From Mantamonas sphyraenae STR306 (lineage: Eukaryota; Protista; CRuMs), in assembly GCA_026936335.1 (NCBI GenBank), contig JAPMXV010000053.1:1-64000 (forward strand): 64,000 bases of DNA. The letters are read 5' to 3'. Positions 1 through 13,718 of this stretch are shown piece by piece. How positions within the stretch are numbered: position 1 is the first letter of the stretch; every line of letters starts with the position of its first letter. The notes below the pieces were generated by a model. That model worked only from the letters and a program-made list of their open reading frames with translations, did not search any database and had not been told where the DNA came from. The position numbers were made by a program, and so were the translations under genes.

Positions 1-190
1 CTAACCCTAACCCTAACCCTAACCCTAACCCTAACCCTAACCCTAACCCTAACCCTAACCCTAACCCTAACCCTAACCCCCTAACCCTAACCCTAACCCT
101 AACCCTAACCCTAACCCTAACCCTAACCCTAACCCTAACCCTAACCCTAACCCTAACCCTAACCCTAACCCTAATCCTAACTCTAATCCT
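1..190. repeat. Telomeric repeat array (CCCTAA)n, i.e. TTAGGG on the minus strand, degenerating at its inner edge
   Basis: About 30 tandem CCCTAA units from base 1. There is one irregular unit near 77-80, and variant units (CTAATC, CTCTAA) at about 171-190. Confidence 0.99.
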
Positions 191-587
191 GGTCCTCGAA
201 AACCCATTGTTGTGTAGTCGCATTTCCGGTCTAGCCCCAGGTGTTGCGTTCATCAGGGTGAACGTTTCCCAATTCTATGTTCTTGTGCGATTCTATCCTT
301 CTTAATTAGAGGTATGTTACATTATTGGTATGATGAGTCTGGTCTATGTCATGTGAGTTGTGCTTGTGTCTGCTGGCGGGTGGCTGACTTGGGTGGTGAC
401 ATGGGTGGTGACATGGGGCAGTGGGCAATGCGTGGGAGTGGAAAAGTCGTGTGTGAGTGGTCGTCGTCCTGCATCGCCGCGCAGTCAGCACTGCCCATCC
501 GCCTTCAACCAAAGTATCACCAACACCCACAACAACCTCCACCTGTCCAGCACAATCCACATTCACACCAGTACTACCACCACCATC

Positions 588-3500
588 ATGGACAAAGACT
601 ACTCAAACATTCCGAAGCAACAACACACACCCAACACCTACCCAGCGTGCGTTCTGCCTTCCACTCCGTTTTCTGACTGCCCGCTTCTCCCGCTTCCTTG
701 CCTCCTCCATGCCTCCGTCGCTTCGCTGCACTTCTCCCCTGCATCTCCACTTCCCCAGCATCACTGTGGCTGCATTCTCCGTTCTTTTCCGATCCCCTCT
801 CCCCTGTCACTGCCCTCCCAGTTGCCGGTTTCCCGGTCTGCCAATCGCCTCCGTTTTCCCTCTTTGCTCGTTCCGGCCTCCCTTCACCCCTGCTTCTGCC
901 TTGACGGCGTCCATCCCGCCTTCCACTCACCGGTCCCTCCCCACCCTGCCCCTCCCCGTGTCCCCACAGCTACGCGTACATGGTCCCTCCCATGGCTGCC
1001 CAGCCGTTTCCGAACATGATGCCCGTCTCTGGCGTACAAAACCCGTACCAGCACCCACAACCACCCATCATCTGGGTCCCTGTCAACACCCACACGCAGC
1101 AGCACCACGCATATGCTCATCAGGGCCACCCATACTACGCCTACCCTCCTCCGCCGCCTGCTCAGCCGCGACAAACCGCCCAGATGCACTTCGCTCAGAC
1201 TTCGTTCCACCCTCCGCCTACTCAGCCCACCACAAACCACAACCGCGTCCCCAAACGCATCAGCCCTGCCTTTGTCGGCATCACACGGACCACATCCACC
1301 ACCACATCGTCGTCGTCCTCACACCAGGCCACACGGCAGACTGGAGACAGCGACGACGACGACGCAGACCAAGACACACACACACATGAGACCGGCGACG
1401 TGGAGGACCTGATGTTCCTGAACTTTGGCCACCTTGAACCACGGTCGCCCTCCAGCAACCCAGAGTGGATGGCCGCCTCATGGATGGAGGCGTTTGTTGA
1501 AGACGGCGAGGCAAACAACGCAACCCAGCAGCACGTGGAGAACGAGTTGGAAACTCAGGGCAAACTCAGCTTTGCAGACACAGGTGATGCCATGGATGAG
1601 GAGTACATGCCGCAAGACAACAGCGACGACGACACAGACGACATGGAGCAGGAGGACAGGGACGAATGGCAGCCGAGGCGCACAAGTAGAGGCCGCACAC
1701 GACGACGCAGAGTCCACAGCAGTCGACATGCTGTTTCACAAAAGATGAAAGGCAGCGGACAGCGCAGGCTCAGGGTCACGGCTGGCAGTGGCACAGAGAC
1801 AGGAACGTCGAGCACACGGGCAAGGAGGGCCAAGAACGGAGACAACAGCGCAGGGAAGAAATCAATCGTGGAAAAGACGAAGAAGTTGCCAGATGGCGTT
1901 GTGCGCAAAGGGTGGACATGGGGACACAGCGACGAGCGCAGCCACAGCAACAAGAAGGAGCACATGGCACTGCTGAACCACATGCACACCCTGGCCAATG
2001 AGCATCCTATCGACGACATCCCCGACCTGACGACCCTGCAGGCGCGTGTTGTGGTCTGCCATGGCACCCTGTTGGGGCTGGTCCGACAGATTCAGCTCGC
2101 TCTGGGCAACATTCCCCTCTCCCAGGGTGACATGGTCTTCTGCCTCTCCCTTCTCGGCCGTGACACGGATCAACATGCGTGCAGCCTTGCCATTGACCAC
2201 GCTGGTCTGGCCATGGGTGTGACAGAGGCTGGGTTGAAGGTGTGCTGGCTGGAGGAACCACACGACCACGGTGACCCCAACTACGCCCTCCTCCACCTCC
2301 TCATGACAGAGATGGACACCCTTGGCGACAGGCCCCATCCCACGACCCGGAAGGAGCACGAGCAGACCCAGCTGTGGCTGCAGGAAGCACGACGCCCTGC
2401 TGACAACGACAGCGACCCGCACTGGACACAATGCGACTACGACCACCATCTTCCCACCACCAATGTGGAAGAGTGGCATCCTGAGTATGTGCGCACTGGC
2501 TGGAGCAACAAGGCCGACGAGCGTGGCAGCTGCACGGCGCGGGAGTTCCAGACGCTGCTGGCACACATGAAGGCACGCGCAGCCAAGCATCCTCGCCATC
2601 AGCTCACAAACGAGCTCCAGGCACTGCGTGAGCTGATCAACAACGGTAGCAAGCTGTCTCTGGTGCGACACATCATCCTGGCGCTTGGCAACGTTGGCGT
2701 GCCGCCTGTCGACCTGGCCTTCTTTCTCCGCCTCCTCAGGCCACGCCTCACCTACCAGCAGGTTCAAGTTGCCATCAGCAAAACCCTCAGCCGTGGAGTC
2801 ACCTCCCTCTCCCTCAAGATCGCCTGGTTGGACAACCCCAAAACCAGCGACGCCACACTGCACACCCTCCTGCACACCCTCATCGACCGCATCACACCTC
2901 ACATCACCACCCGTCCAATCACATACGACGCTGTCAGCAACCTCGACATCCCCGAGCTTGTTCTGCCCGAGCCCACAGAGGAGGAGAAGATGGCCATGGA
3001 GGATGGACTGCCAGATGGTGTTGTGCGCAGTGGCTGGACAAACTGGCGCAAGAGCGAGCGCAGCCATAGCAACGAGAAGGAGCATACGGCACTGCTGAAC
3101 CACATGCACACTCTGGCCAACGAGCATCCAATCGACGACATCTCCGACCTCATGACCCTGCAGGCGCGTGTTGTGGTCTGCCATGGCACCCTGTTGGCGC
3201 TGGTCCGACAGATTCAGCTCGCTCTGGGCAACATTCCCCTTTCCCAGGGCGACATGGCCATCTTCCTCACCCTTCTCGGCCGTGACATGGATCAACAAAC
3301 GTGCATTGCTAACATTCCCCACGCTGGTCTGGCCATGGGTGTGACAAAGGCTGGGTTGAAGGTGTGCTGGCTGGAGGAGCCACACGATCACGGCGACCCC
3401 AACTACGCCCTTCTCCACCTCCTCATGACAGAGATGGACACACTTGGCGACAGGGCCCATCCTACCACCTGGAAGGAGCACGAGCAGATCCAGCTGTGGC

Positions 3501-4156
3501 TGCAGAAAGCACGACGCCCTGCTGACAACGACAGCGACCCACACTGGACACAATGCGACTACGACCACCACCTCGCCACCCCAAGCAAGGTGAAAAAGTG
3601 GCATCCTGAGTCTGTGCGCAGTGGCTGGGCATCGCACTCTCCCTGCGACGAGCGAGGCAGCTGCACGGCGCGGGAGTTCCAGACGCTGCTGGCACACATG
3701 AAGGCACGCGCAACCAAGCACCCTCGCCATCAACACACACACGAGCACCATGCATTGCGTGAGCTGATCAACAACGGCAGCAATCTGTCCCTGGTGCGAC
3801 ACATCATCCTGGCCCTGGGCAACGTTGGCGTGCCGCCTGTCGACCTGACCTTCTTTGTACGCCTCCTCAGGCCACGTCTCACCTACCAGCAATTATCCCC
3901 TGCCATCGGCAACACCCTCGCCCGTGGTGTCACCTCCCTCTCCCTCAAGATCGCCTGGCTCGACAACCCCCAACCCAGCGACGCCACACTGCACACCCTC
4001 CTCCACACCCTCGTCGACCGCATCACACCCCACATCACCACCCGACCCACTACCCCCGCACTCGTCAACGCCTACCCCATCCCCTCCTTCACCCTCCCCA
4101 AGCGCAAAGACCTCTCCTCCTCCTCCTCCTCCTCCAAACGCCAACGCCTAGAATGA
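588..4156 (+). CDS. Subtelomeric protein of unknown function with a large internal duplication; join(588..646,970..4156)
   Basis: ATG at 588. An intron GTGCGT..CACAG (647-969) restores the frame (MDKDYSN...YPA|YAYMVPP). The N-terminus is P/Q/H-rich and acidic, with basic NLS-like runs. Two near-identical units of about 374 aa start near 1886 and 3008. Confidence 0.8.
1886..4045 (+). repeat. Intragenic tandem duplication, period about 1.12 kb
   Basis: LPDGVVR.GWT...LHTL.DRITPHITTRP occurs twice, with long identical nucleotide stretches. Confidence 0.95.
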
Positions 4157-4356
4157 ACCACGCTTCACTCCGCACTTTCATTCCCACCCACCAGTTCTGG
4201 TGGACTAGACCTGGAACCCTCTTTCAACGCTTTCCTCTGCTCCTCTTCACCCTCACAGGCCAGCATCCGCCGATACTGTACAATTGGCTGCCCACGGGCC
4301 GCAGCCACCCCAGCCATCCCCCAGCCATCCCCACCACGAACACGAACATCCCACCT

Positions 4357-7300
4357 TTATGTCTTCTGCACAGCGCTCACCCCGGAATGCACCAACCATT
4401 CCTCCACATCCGCCAACGAATCCACCCTTGAAAACATCTCCACCGCGTCCTCCTCCTCTTCCTCCTCCTCCTCATCCAACACCAGGCCCGCAGACGACCC
4501 TACCCACACCCCCCCAACACCAGCTTCCACGACGCTGCCCTCAACCTCAACCTCGCCGCTACCGCTCAATGCATCGCTTTCGCTTTCCGCCACGTCCACC
4601 TCCACCTCCTCCTCCTCATCCTCATCCTCCTCCCCATCACTACTAGAATGGGACATCCTGTCCCCCAACCCCTGTCGCCACTGTTGCACCATCTGCGACA
4701 CCATCTCCGACCCAATGCTCCTCCTCCGCGACGCCAGCACGTTCGCTGCCCGTCTGCGATCCAGCCGCGCCACTGCCTCCTCCAGCAATTCCTTCGACGG
4801 TTGGTCCACCCCGGCTCTCTTCTCCTTCTCCTTCCACTCCTCCAAGTTCTTCTCCAGAATCCGAAGCGATCGCAACATGCGCCCGCCCTCGCGCAGCACA
4901 AATCCAAACACCAGTCCCGTCACCACCGAGCAAATCGCACCGTACACCAACGAGGTGGAGTTCAAGTCCACCAGCACCACCATCACCAGCACCAACGCGT
5001 ACGAGCTCACGTAGAACACGCTCACTCCATCCACCAGCCGCGCGTGCAGCCTCACCGAGCCCCACACGCCCAGCGTACACACACTGGGCAGCACCATCGT
5101 CACCGCAATGCACAGCGACAGTACCACACCGCTGTCTGCGTGCCACCCCGTTCGAAAGCCTCCGGCCTGCATCAGCACAAACTGCAGCAGCGACGACAAT
5201 ATCAGCAGCGTGACCGCCGTGGGAAGGGCGCGACGCAAACTTTGCCCGTGCAGAAGCACCAAGGCGCTCAGGATCAGCCCGGCCGCCATTCCTCCGGATT
5301 CCCATTCAAAGAGCGACACCATCACCACCACCACGCCCATTTGCAACAGGTTCCGCTCCTCCACCTCCACCCCATCCACCCTCGGCTCTTTGCGCACCCG
5401 CTGCAACCACACCATGCCCGCAGACAGTCCCACCATCACTCCTGACATCCATACCATCGTTCCGCTCTGCCTGAACGTACCCAGACCGACCACAACCTTG
5501 ACAAGCTGGCCCGCCAATGTAGCGGCCCCCAGGATGCGCACCACCCGCCACTGCACCTCATCTTGTGTCAACCACAGTACCATTCCGTGCGGCAGTCCGC
5601 CCACAAGTTGCACCACGATGCTCACGGCAGCCGCTTCTTCGTATGTCCACCCGTGGCTCAGCCGCAGCACTGGGACTAGCAAGAGACCCAGCGGTGCTGC
5701 CGTCGCTCCTTGCATCATCATGCCCACACACGCCACCAGCACCACCCCCGTGTACTTGAGCCCCTTTGCTCCAATCGCCGCGCTCAGGTTGGTGTCAACC
5801 GCAATCGTGATGCTCACTATCAGCAGCGCCACGAGCCAAGCCACGCCAACCGACAGCAGTCGGTTGTCCTGCATCCACTGCACAGCTCGCTCAGGAAGGG
5901 TCCCCATCTGCACAGGTACCTGCTCTCCGAACGGCGCTCTCGCCCGCGATCCTCTCCTTCCCGTCGGGCGCCGACGCCCCATCAGCATCCCCGCCTTTGT
6001 TTCCAGGCCCATCAACGCCATCGCTTGCGGGATTTGAGCGAGTGTCGACTCGGGAATCATCATCAGCATGCGTCGCGTCTGCACCACCTCGTCCCCCATG
6101 TTTCGCAGCAGCGGAAACACAACCAACAGTCCCAGCAGCAGAAACACAACCACCATGTATCCGGTCAGTGTGCTCAGCGTCTCCCGCATGCGCTGGCTTG
6201 CCGCCTGCAACTCTGCTTCCGCCATCTTGTTCATCACATCCATGCTCGTTCCCAACACGCCGTCCATCGTCATCAACAACGACTGCAACTTCTCCACATC
6301 CACTCGCCCAGCCCCGGCTCCGTCGACCCACCATAGCAGCGCCTCCAGCGTCTGGTCCACCAACACGTACATCCCACCCGTGCCCACCTCTCGCTCCAGA
6401 GAGTCGTCACACGCCGCCACTGCGCACAGGTTCTGCACAAACAGCAGCTTCATCATCGACGACGCATTGCGCGTGCTCGCTCGAATCTGTACATCGGCCA
6501 GCGTGTCACGAATGTGCGAAACTGCCTTCCGCACCTTGCCCACCACTGCTTGATTCCCAGCGGATGGCCTCGATGCCTGTACGGCAAGCTCCACCAACAA
6601 CGGGCGCACCACTTCAACCGACGCCGTCAGGTTCTGACCCTTTTGCATGCTCACCACAGCCTCGTCCATTTCATGGTGAATAGCAGACACAATAGCCTGG
6701 CTGGTTACCACCACCACCACCATCACCACCAGTGCCGCCGTGTATTGCACGTGCGCCGCGCGGATGCGCGCAGAACTTGTTGGAGACCACATCACATTGC
6801 GCCGCGGCACCGCGTCGTACAGCACACTGTGTCCCCCCTGTGCGCGCACATCCACCTCCTCCTCCGCCGCCGCGTAGTCGCCCAACGTATGCGATAGCAG
6901 ACGATAGTGTTCCGTGAGAGCCTCTACAGCACGTTGTGGCACCTTGGCAAATGTTCTCAGCGTTTCTCGCTTCTCCATCGCGATTTGGTTCACTGTAGCG
7001 CGGAACGCAACCCATCCAGACACACACAGCACCAACAACAACCCAAAAACCATCCACTGACACATTTGGTCCGTCACCTCCAACGTGCTCGTCACCATCT
7101 TGGCTACTTGTGCCATCCCCACCTGCAGGCCGTCCACCAAAGCCCCCACGTTGGCCACCACATACTGGTACGACGCCTCGTGCAGCAAATCCGACCCACC
7201 CGTTCCCACAACCTCGCTCACGTTGAACGAGGCCATGCTCACAAGGCTTTGCGCAAACACAAGCAGCGCAGACCGCAGCGTCGTCGCACTAGTCGTCACG

Positions 7301-10300
7301 CTGTGCGTGCTCCCATGGAACTGCTGCGTCTTGACAGCCACACTGCCCAGCGCTTTCATCTCCTCCTCTAGGACTCTGTTCGTTGACGCCAACAGCGAGT
7401 TGCCAATCTTCACCAGACTTGTCCCGATCGTGCGCATGCGACTTTGCGCTCCGGCAAGCGAAGGAATGTCCTCCAGCGCCCCCAATAGCTCCACGTACGT
7501 CGCCCGAGACACATTGCTGCTAAACACAGCCGTCGACGTTCCGCTGAGCAGCGCCGTCTTCTGCACCTCCGCGTCCTCCGAACGTCCACATGTGGCCCCG
7601 TGGCTTACATACATGGGAAGTCTGTTCGTTGTACCTCCGACTTGCCGCATGGAGTCCATGTACCCGACCAGCGCCCCCTCCATCAACATGCCCATCACAA
7701 TGATTGCCAAGGAGAAGCCCACCACAGACCACGTCACCTTGTGCAGCTCCAGCACCCCACTGCCCACCTTCAACGATACTTTGGACACTCTGTTCTGCTT
7801 CTGTTGCTGCTGTTGCGTCCTGGCTGCAGAATGCCCTGCAAACTCCGCGCGCAAATCTTCCAGCCGATGCTGCAGCTTCTTGCGCGCCGTCCCTTCCGCC
7901 GCCTGCCGATCGCCACCCACCTTTCGCCGCCTGTGCTTGTCGCCACTCGGGTCCACAGGTTTCATCGGAACACCCAGCATTCGAATTGGAGAGGCGTGCT
8001 CCACCCCAAGCCGTGGCAGAGATGGAGATGTCCCCTCCCGTTCGCTGAGATCCGCCTCGCTCCCACTCTCACTCAAACTATTCCCCAATTCAGTCCCTTC
8101 GTCTGTCACAAGCGAAGATGTCGTTGGCGCACCTCCACGCAGCAATAGGCCCCCGTATTCCGGGTCTCGGATCAACACGTCCCCCATCAGGCTCGCGCCG
8201 CTTGTGGCCTCTCCACTCATTGACGTTCGCGAAGCTGCACGGCCCCTCGACTTGGGACGCGGCACAACGGGGCTCAACGTCACCGGGGACGACCTACGAT
8301 CACTGAAACGAGTCGTGGCCGCTGTGCTGTGTGCGCGCTGCCGTACCCCCATCCGACCGCTGCCCGTTCGCGACACAGACCGATTCGACAAGCCCGTCAG
8401 CGACCCGCTGCGTGACCCCGTACCCACGCTGTCCCTCACGGCAACCACCAGCGTGTTTTGGTGTGCCACCCATTTCACCGTCAGCACACACATGGCGTCT
8501 GCGCCCTTTGCGCCCTTCACGCTGCCATACGCTTCAATCTCCTCCCCGCTCTCCACGGCCTCCATCAGCACCTCTTGTTCGTTTTCAATCACCACCACCT
8601 GCGACAACGTGTCCAACGACACCTTCTCTCGACCCTTGCTCAGCCTCTTCCACGATCTGCTCACGCAGCTCAACGTGAGCTGCGAGCCTGTCACCAAACG
8701 GCCAAGCACATCCGCAGCTCGGAACGAAGCAAGCTCGCGTCCACGCTCCCCGCGGTCCTCCTTCCACAACGACAACCTGTACAGCTTGCGGTCTTGCTGC
8801 AAAGGACGCTCGCTCGCACTGTCGGATGACGCGGAATGCGGCAGCCTTGGCTCCGCCGCCACAGACAACCACGTGTCCGGCACCGCGTCCACATGGACCC
8901 ACACAAGCCGCATGTCTCCGCCACGCGTCACCGCCACACACTGCGAGCGCTCCCTCACTGCGCACCGCATCGACTCTGTCGTCCACCCGGGCAGCAGCCC
9001 TCGGATGTGCTTGCACACCAGTTCTTCGCTCCGCCATCCCAGCACCTGGTCGTCTTCAAGCACAACCACCTCGCCGTGCTCGTCCACCACCATGTTCATG
9101 CGTCGGTCTTCCTCTTCCGCATGGTTGTCGTGGCCCTCGCCGCTCATCACCACCGACTGCTGTGTCTGCAGCGCAACCTCCAACTCGGCAGCCTTGTTCA
9201 TCAGCAGCTCTGCAGCCTGGTGGTCCGACATCACGTCCTCCATGAATCGAGCGTATGCGCGGTACACGCGCGGCATACGCGGATTCCGCGTCAGGAGTCC
9301 CACGTACAGATCACGCACACGCTCCTGCCGAACCACAATTTGGCTCAACATCAATTCGACTTCACTCATGTCCAGTTCTGGCGACAACAGCGTGCTCCAC
9401 AGCTGCTCAAGCTGCTCCACGATGTCCATGTGCTCGTGGTGCGCCACGTTCAAGTCCTGCTGCAACCGCAGCTGCGCAACAAGGCTCTGGTGCTTGCCAC
9501 GGTTGTCTGCCTCGGCTGTGGCCATCTGCAGCAACCGCATGCTCTCCACATTCAGCATGAACGCCACGTCCAGGGCAGGCTTCAGCTGCATCACGCTGTC
9601 CAGATCCACCGCCGCTTCTCCTGTGCCCAAGTACGTCAACACGCGGTGGTAGCACAGCCACAGGTACGCGCTCTCGGGGAACATCTTCAGCGCCGCGCTG
9701 TACAGATTGAGCACCAAGTCCACAGCCTCGTCCCCCGCATTTTCATCCGCCAGCAGCGCCCGTGCCATCACCTCCACATGGAATGGGGTCTGCACGTCCA
9801 TCAATCGCCCTCCATACCGAAGTTTCATCGACGCAGAGTCATACACAACCCCGCTGTGCGCCACTTCTCCAACGGAGCCGAACGACTCCCTGCGTTCCAC
9901 GCTCTCCAGAGCAGACCCGTCCTCAAAGTCGTCCGCTTCCATGCCCCCCAATTTTGGTTCGCTGTACCACGACTTGAACCAGCGCTCGTACACCCGCTTC
10001 GTCCCGACGTAGCCACACGCACATGCGACCACTGTGCCTGCGAGCCACAGGCCAAGAAATCCCCACACGTCACTCGGTGAAGTCGCCACCGCCACACCAG
10101 CCCACAGAGTACCGGCCATCAGTGCCACGGACACCTGATTTGCCTGCAAGCTGTAGAACGGGAAAAGGTACAGCCTCGTGGCCAACAACACACCCATGGC
10201 CCCAATGTACGACCCCACGAACCACGACTTGACCACCGCTTCGGGTTCACTCCAGGGCAACACATACGCCAAGCACACCAGGCCCATGCGTGCGCTGACC

Positions 10301-11649
10301 CACAGCAGGTCTGTGCGCCCGTGCACGCGAGATGTGGCCATCTTGCTTTTCATCGATGTCTCAAAGTACGTCATGCGCCCAAGCGCGCCCGTGAGCACGT
10401 GCAGCACCAAAAATGCCATCGTTACCCAACGCCACTCGTTCAACGCATCCTCCGGATTCAGCGCACGCACAAGCACAGAGGCCACCGGAAGGAACCCTGG
10501 CGAAACCATCAACGGCAGCACTGTACGCAACAGTGCAAGCGGCCAGAGCACCACAAAGTAGTCTCGTGCGATCGACACCGCTGCGTACACCAGCAGCAAC
10601 TGCACAAGCCCCACCGCACACACACACACGGTGTACACCAGCACCCAAGAATCCACGCCAAAGTCGAACGAGATCGACACCAGCGACGCCAATTGCGATA
10701 GCAGCGCAAATACGCTATTCTCTCCGTATGACGCAGGCACCATGGCTGTGTATGTGTGCGAGTTCCGAGTGGTGAGCGTCAGATCTACTCTACCTCTCGC
10801 CGCCACTCTCTCGCAATCCACTCCAGCCCCACATGTCCACATCGCACCCAACCTGACCCATGCACATCCATGCTGTAGGTCCACCAAGCGCTCAGGAATC
10901 ATCCAACACCCTTCCCTCAACACTGCACACGGCCGATTCCACTTTCTTCCGCGCAGAGCTTTCCTTCCAAGCAGACCTTCCACAGCTCCCCCAAAGAAGC
11001 TTTTTCCACCTCCGAGCCACATGCACATCCGTCCATCTCGCACAGTCAGCACAAAAACACATACTGTGCTGGAGCTCATGCATACATGCAGCGTCCGAAG
11101 CCACCTGGTGCTCCGCTTTGCCCATATCGCCGCCTTTGCGGAACGCAGAACAAAACGCAGAATCCTTCGGCAATGCCATCAAGCGTCCGTGACGCAACAA
11201 ACCCCTGCGCAACATGCATACGGCCACATGCATCACTCGCATATTCATCGGAGACGCCCACAAGCACGTGCAAACAAGTCGCATGTACGCGCACGCACGC
11301 CCACACGCTTGGAACAAGCCAGGTTCCAGAACACAGAAAAAGCAGAGAAAAAATTTGCTTTTCCACACTGCAGAAAAGAGCCCTGTGTGCACCCTAACCC
11401 ACCTGGAATCAGTAGACTCAGCACCTGCAGGTGCTCCAACACCATGCCAGCATAAAGCAGCGGATTGGGCAACTGCATCTTCTCCTTCAGCACGTGCGCG
11501 ACCGTGTCAAGAAACACACGATTGGCAATCGACAACCACGACGTTCCCCAAACAGATTCGTCCATGTTTCCCCCCACAGGGGCCAGCCCAGTCCCGAGCA
11601 AGTCCACATCTCGTTTGGGCATCGGTCCCATCATGCCCACTCTGCTCAT
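4357..11649 (-). CDS. TmcB/TmcC-like multi-pass PAS-domain membrane protein with a C-terminal TauE/TSUP-like domain; approx complement(join(4357..10745,11403..11649))
   Basis: Architecture: N-terminal multi-TM block, TPR-like helices (YRAYARFMEDVMSDHQAAELLMNKA), a degenerate PAS (VVDEHGEVV..LGWRSEELVCKHIRGLLP), and paired TM-loop-TM modules ending in ..TFAKVPQ and ..TRRMLMMIPES. The intron GTGGGT..CACAG (11402-10746) is in phase. The start codon is uncertain and a hidden exon is possible. Confidence 0.7.
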
Positions 11650-11725
11650 GATGATCCACCGCAATTGAATTGCTCTTTCCCGCGCCGGCGCACCAAACTC
11701 TGCTTCCACCATGCTCAGAAATGAC

Positions 11726-13594
11726 ATGGCTGCTGACGCGCCACGCACTTCCATCCCCGTGAACGATTTCAGCTCCCGCTGGTCCGCTGTCCTGGCTGCC
11801 CCGCTCCCAGAATTGTCCGCAGAACACCAGGAACGCCTCCTCGGCACCAAGGCCGACATTGAGTACGTCGCTCCTTCCACCTCTCACGCACCTCACACAC
11901 ACCTCACACACACCACACCAATCACCGCCTCTGTCCCGCTGACTTCTCCGACCCCAACAACTTACGCCCCTCGCTCTTCCTGCCCTCACCCCTCACAGCG
12001 TATCTGCACACGTCCGCCTTCAAGCCGAAGACGAAATCGGCATTGCCATTCGCCATTTTCTCAAAGTATGTGTGCATGTGTGCATCCCCTCTCCCTTCGC
12101 GTCCACTCCAGACATCGCTGAATGCTCACGCTTTCCTCCCTCCGCCTCTCTCCACGTCCTTGCGTGCGCCCTTTTGCCTCCCCTTGCCGCCCACAGCGAA
12201 AGTACCCATCCGAGATGCAAGAGCTTCTTGAAGCGGGCGACACCGAAGAAGAGCTCTTTGGCTTCTCCCTCCCGGCCAGCAAACGCGCGCGTGTCCCCGA
12301 GTCCCAAACCCTCCTCGACCATGCCGACGTCGTGCGGCCCGAAACCCACGGCAACCGCGAGGAAACGCTCGCTCCGGGCGAGCTCGACCGCTTCTTTCCC
12401 ATGAAAACCTACCCAAGTGTCAACGCCAGCGAGGTCGCACGACGTGCCCGCGAAGCCGCCGCCTCCTCCTCCTCCTCCTCCTCTTCCTCCTCCTCCTCCT
12501 CCTCCTCCTCCTCCTCCTCCTCCTCCACCACCACCACCACCACCACAACCACCACCACAACCGAACCCCCCTCCCCCTCAACAAAACACACAAGAGAGCG
12601 CTTCCTCAACGAGCGGCCACTCCGACCCCCCACACGCAAAGACATCATCGAACGCCACAAGCTCGGCGACTACACCCAACTACGTCTCGAAGACTCACAA
12701 TTTGACACAAAGATCCCGCGCATGGTCGACCTCCTCGAGGTGCCCGAGGACTGCAACTTGCAGAGCGTCCTCATGGGCAACGAGTTTGCACGCGTCAAGT
12801 CCCACGCCGTGCGTATTGTCAAGCCCTCCTCTTCCGCATCCCAGGATGACCTCGTCGACGCAGACGAGGTTCTCATCACCGTCTCCCTCTGTCTCTCCCA
12901 TAACCCCAAGGTCCGTGGCACCAAACCCTCGCGTACCCGCGACCACGGCTACCAGGTCCTCGGCAGCACCCTCCTCACAGACCTCAAGGACATGCTCTAC
13001 TGCATCAACGACCAGCTCCTCGGTGGCCTAGACGAGCCCCACCATGCAGACGAGCTTGACAAGCGACCTCACCAATCCGGCTACTTTCTCATCGGTGACA
13101 CCTTTTACAACGACATGCGCGAAGGCAACACAAACTACAGCATCCCCATTCGCCGCTGGGCCGACGATCCCAAGCGCCGCGCCCGCTTCGGCCACTACAA
13201 GTTTGAAACCATGCAAGGCGTCCGTTTCCGCGACCTCACCATTGCCATGGGTGCTCCCACCCTTTATGTCCATCAAGGCAACTGCGAACACCACCTCATC
13301 TTCCACGACATCCGCAAGCTCCACCACAGCGACATCCAACGCGCAAGCGCCTACCCGATGATCGTCTACCAGCGCAAGGTCCGCCGCAAGCACTGCAGCA
13401 TCTGCGACGTCTACACAGCTAAGCACATCACCTTCAACGACAAGCTTGCTCCCACTTCTCCTGCATGGTTCTGCGACACTTGCTACTTCCAACTCCACTA
13501 CCGCTTCACCAGCCAACGCGACGCAGACGGCGGCGCCACCACACGCGGCACAGTCCTCTACCCCTTTGAGTACTACCGCTACGTCCACGAGTAA
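11726..13594 (+). CDS. SNAPC3: snRNA-activating protein complex subunit 3 (SNAP50); join(11726..11862,11999..12065,12197..13594)
   Basis: Motifs VLGSTLLTDLKDMLYC, SGYFLIGDTFYNDMR, YVHQGNCEH and the CSIC...WFCDTCY zinc finger. Two in-phase GT-AG introns. Confidence 0.92.
12463..12561 (+). repeat. (TCC)n followed by (ACC)n trinucleotide tract encoding poly-Ser/poly-Thr in SNAPC3
   Basis: Seen directly in the sequence. Confidence 0.95.
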
Positions 13595-13718
13595 ACTACA
13601 AGCCCAAGGATGCCCTGATGGTGTTGCACCTCATCCATGTGGCCAATCAATTCAATGATTCCTCGCTCCTTGGCTCGTCGTCACTGTCGCTCGCTCCATC
13701 CACTCCAACCAAACCGCC

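Noticed and set aside
1900-1990. Myb/telobox-like reading of the 'GWT...E...LL' motif in the first gene
   Set aside because: The Trp spacing and recognition helix do not fit Myb, so the match is too weak to call a telomere-binding protein.
10760-11079. N-terminal ~110 aa of the tracked 2240-aa ORF
   Set aside because: Better explained as read-through into the 10746-11402 intron, because an in-phase upstream exon supplies the first TM segment.
11391-11400. Isolated CCCTAA/TTAGGG motifs (also near 51030) as interstitial telomeres
   Set aside because: These are single copies inside introns and are expected by chance.
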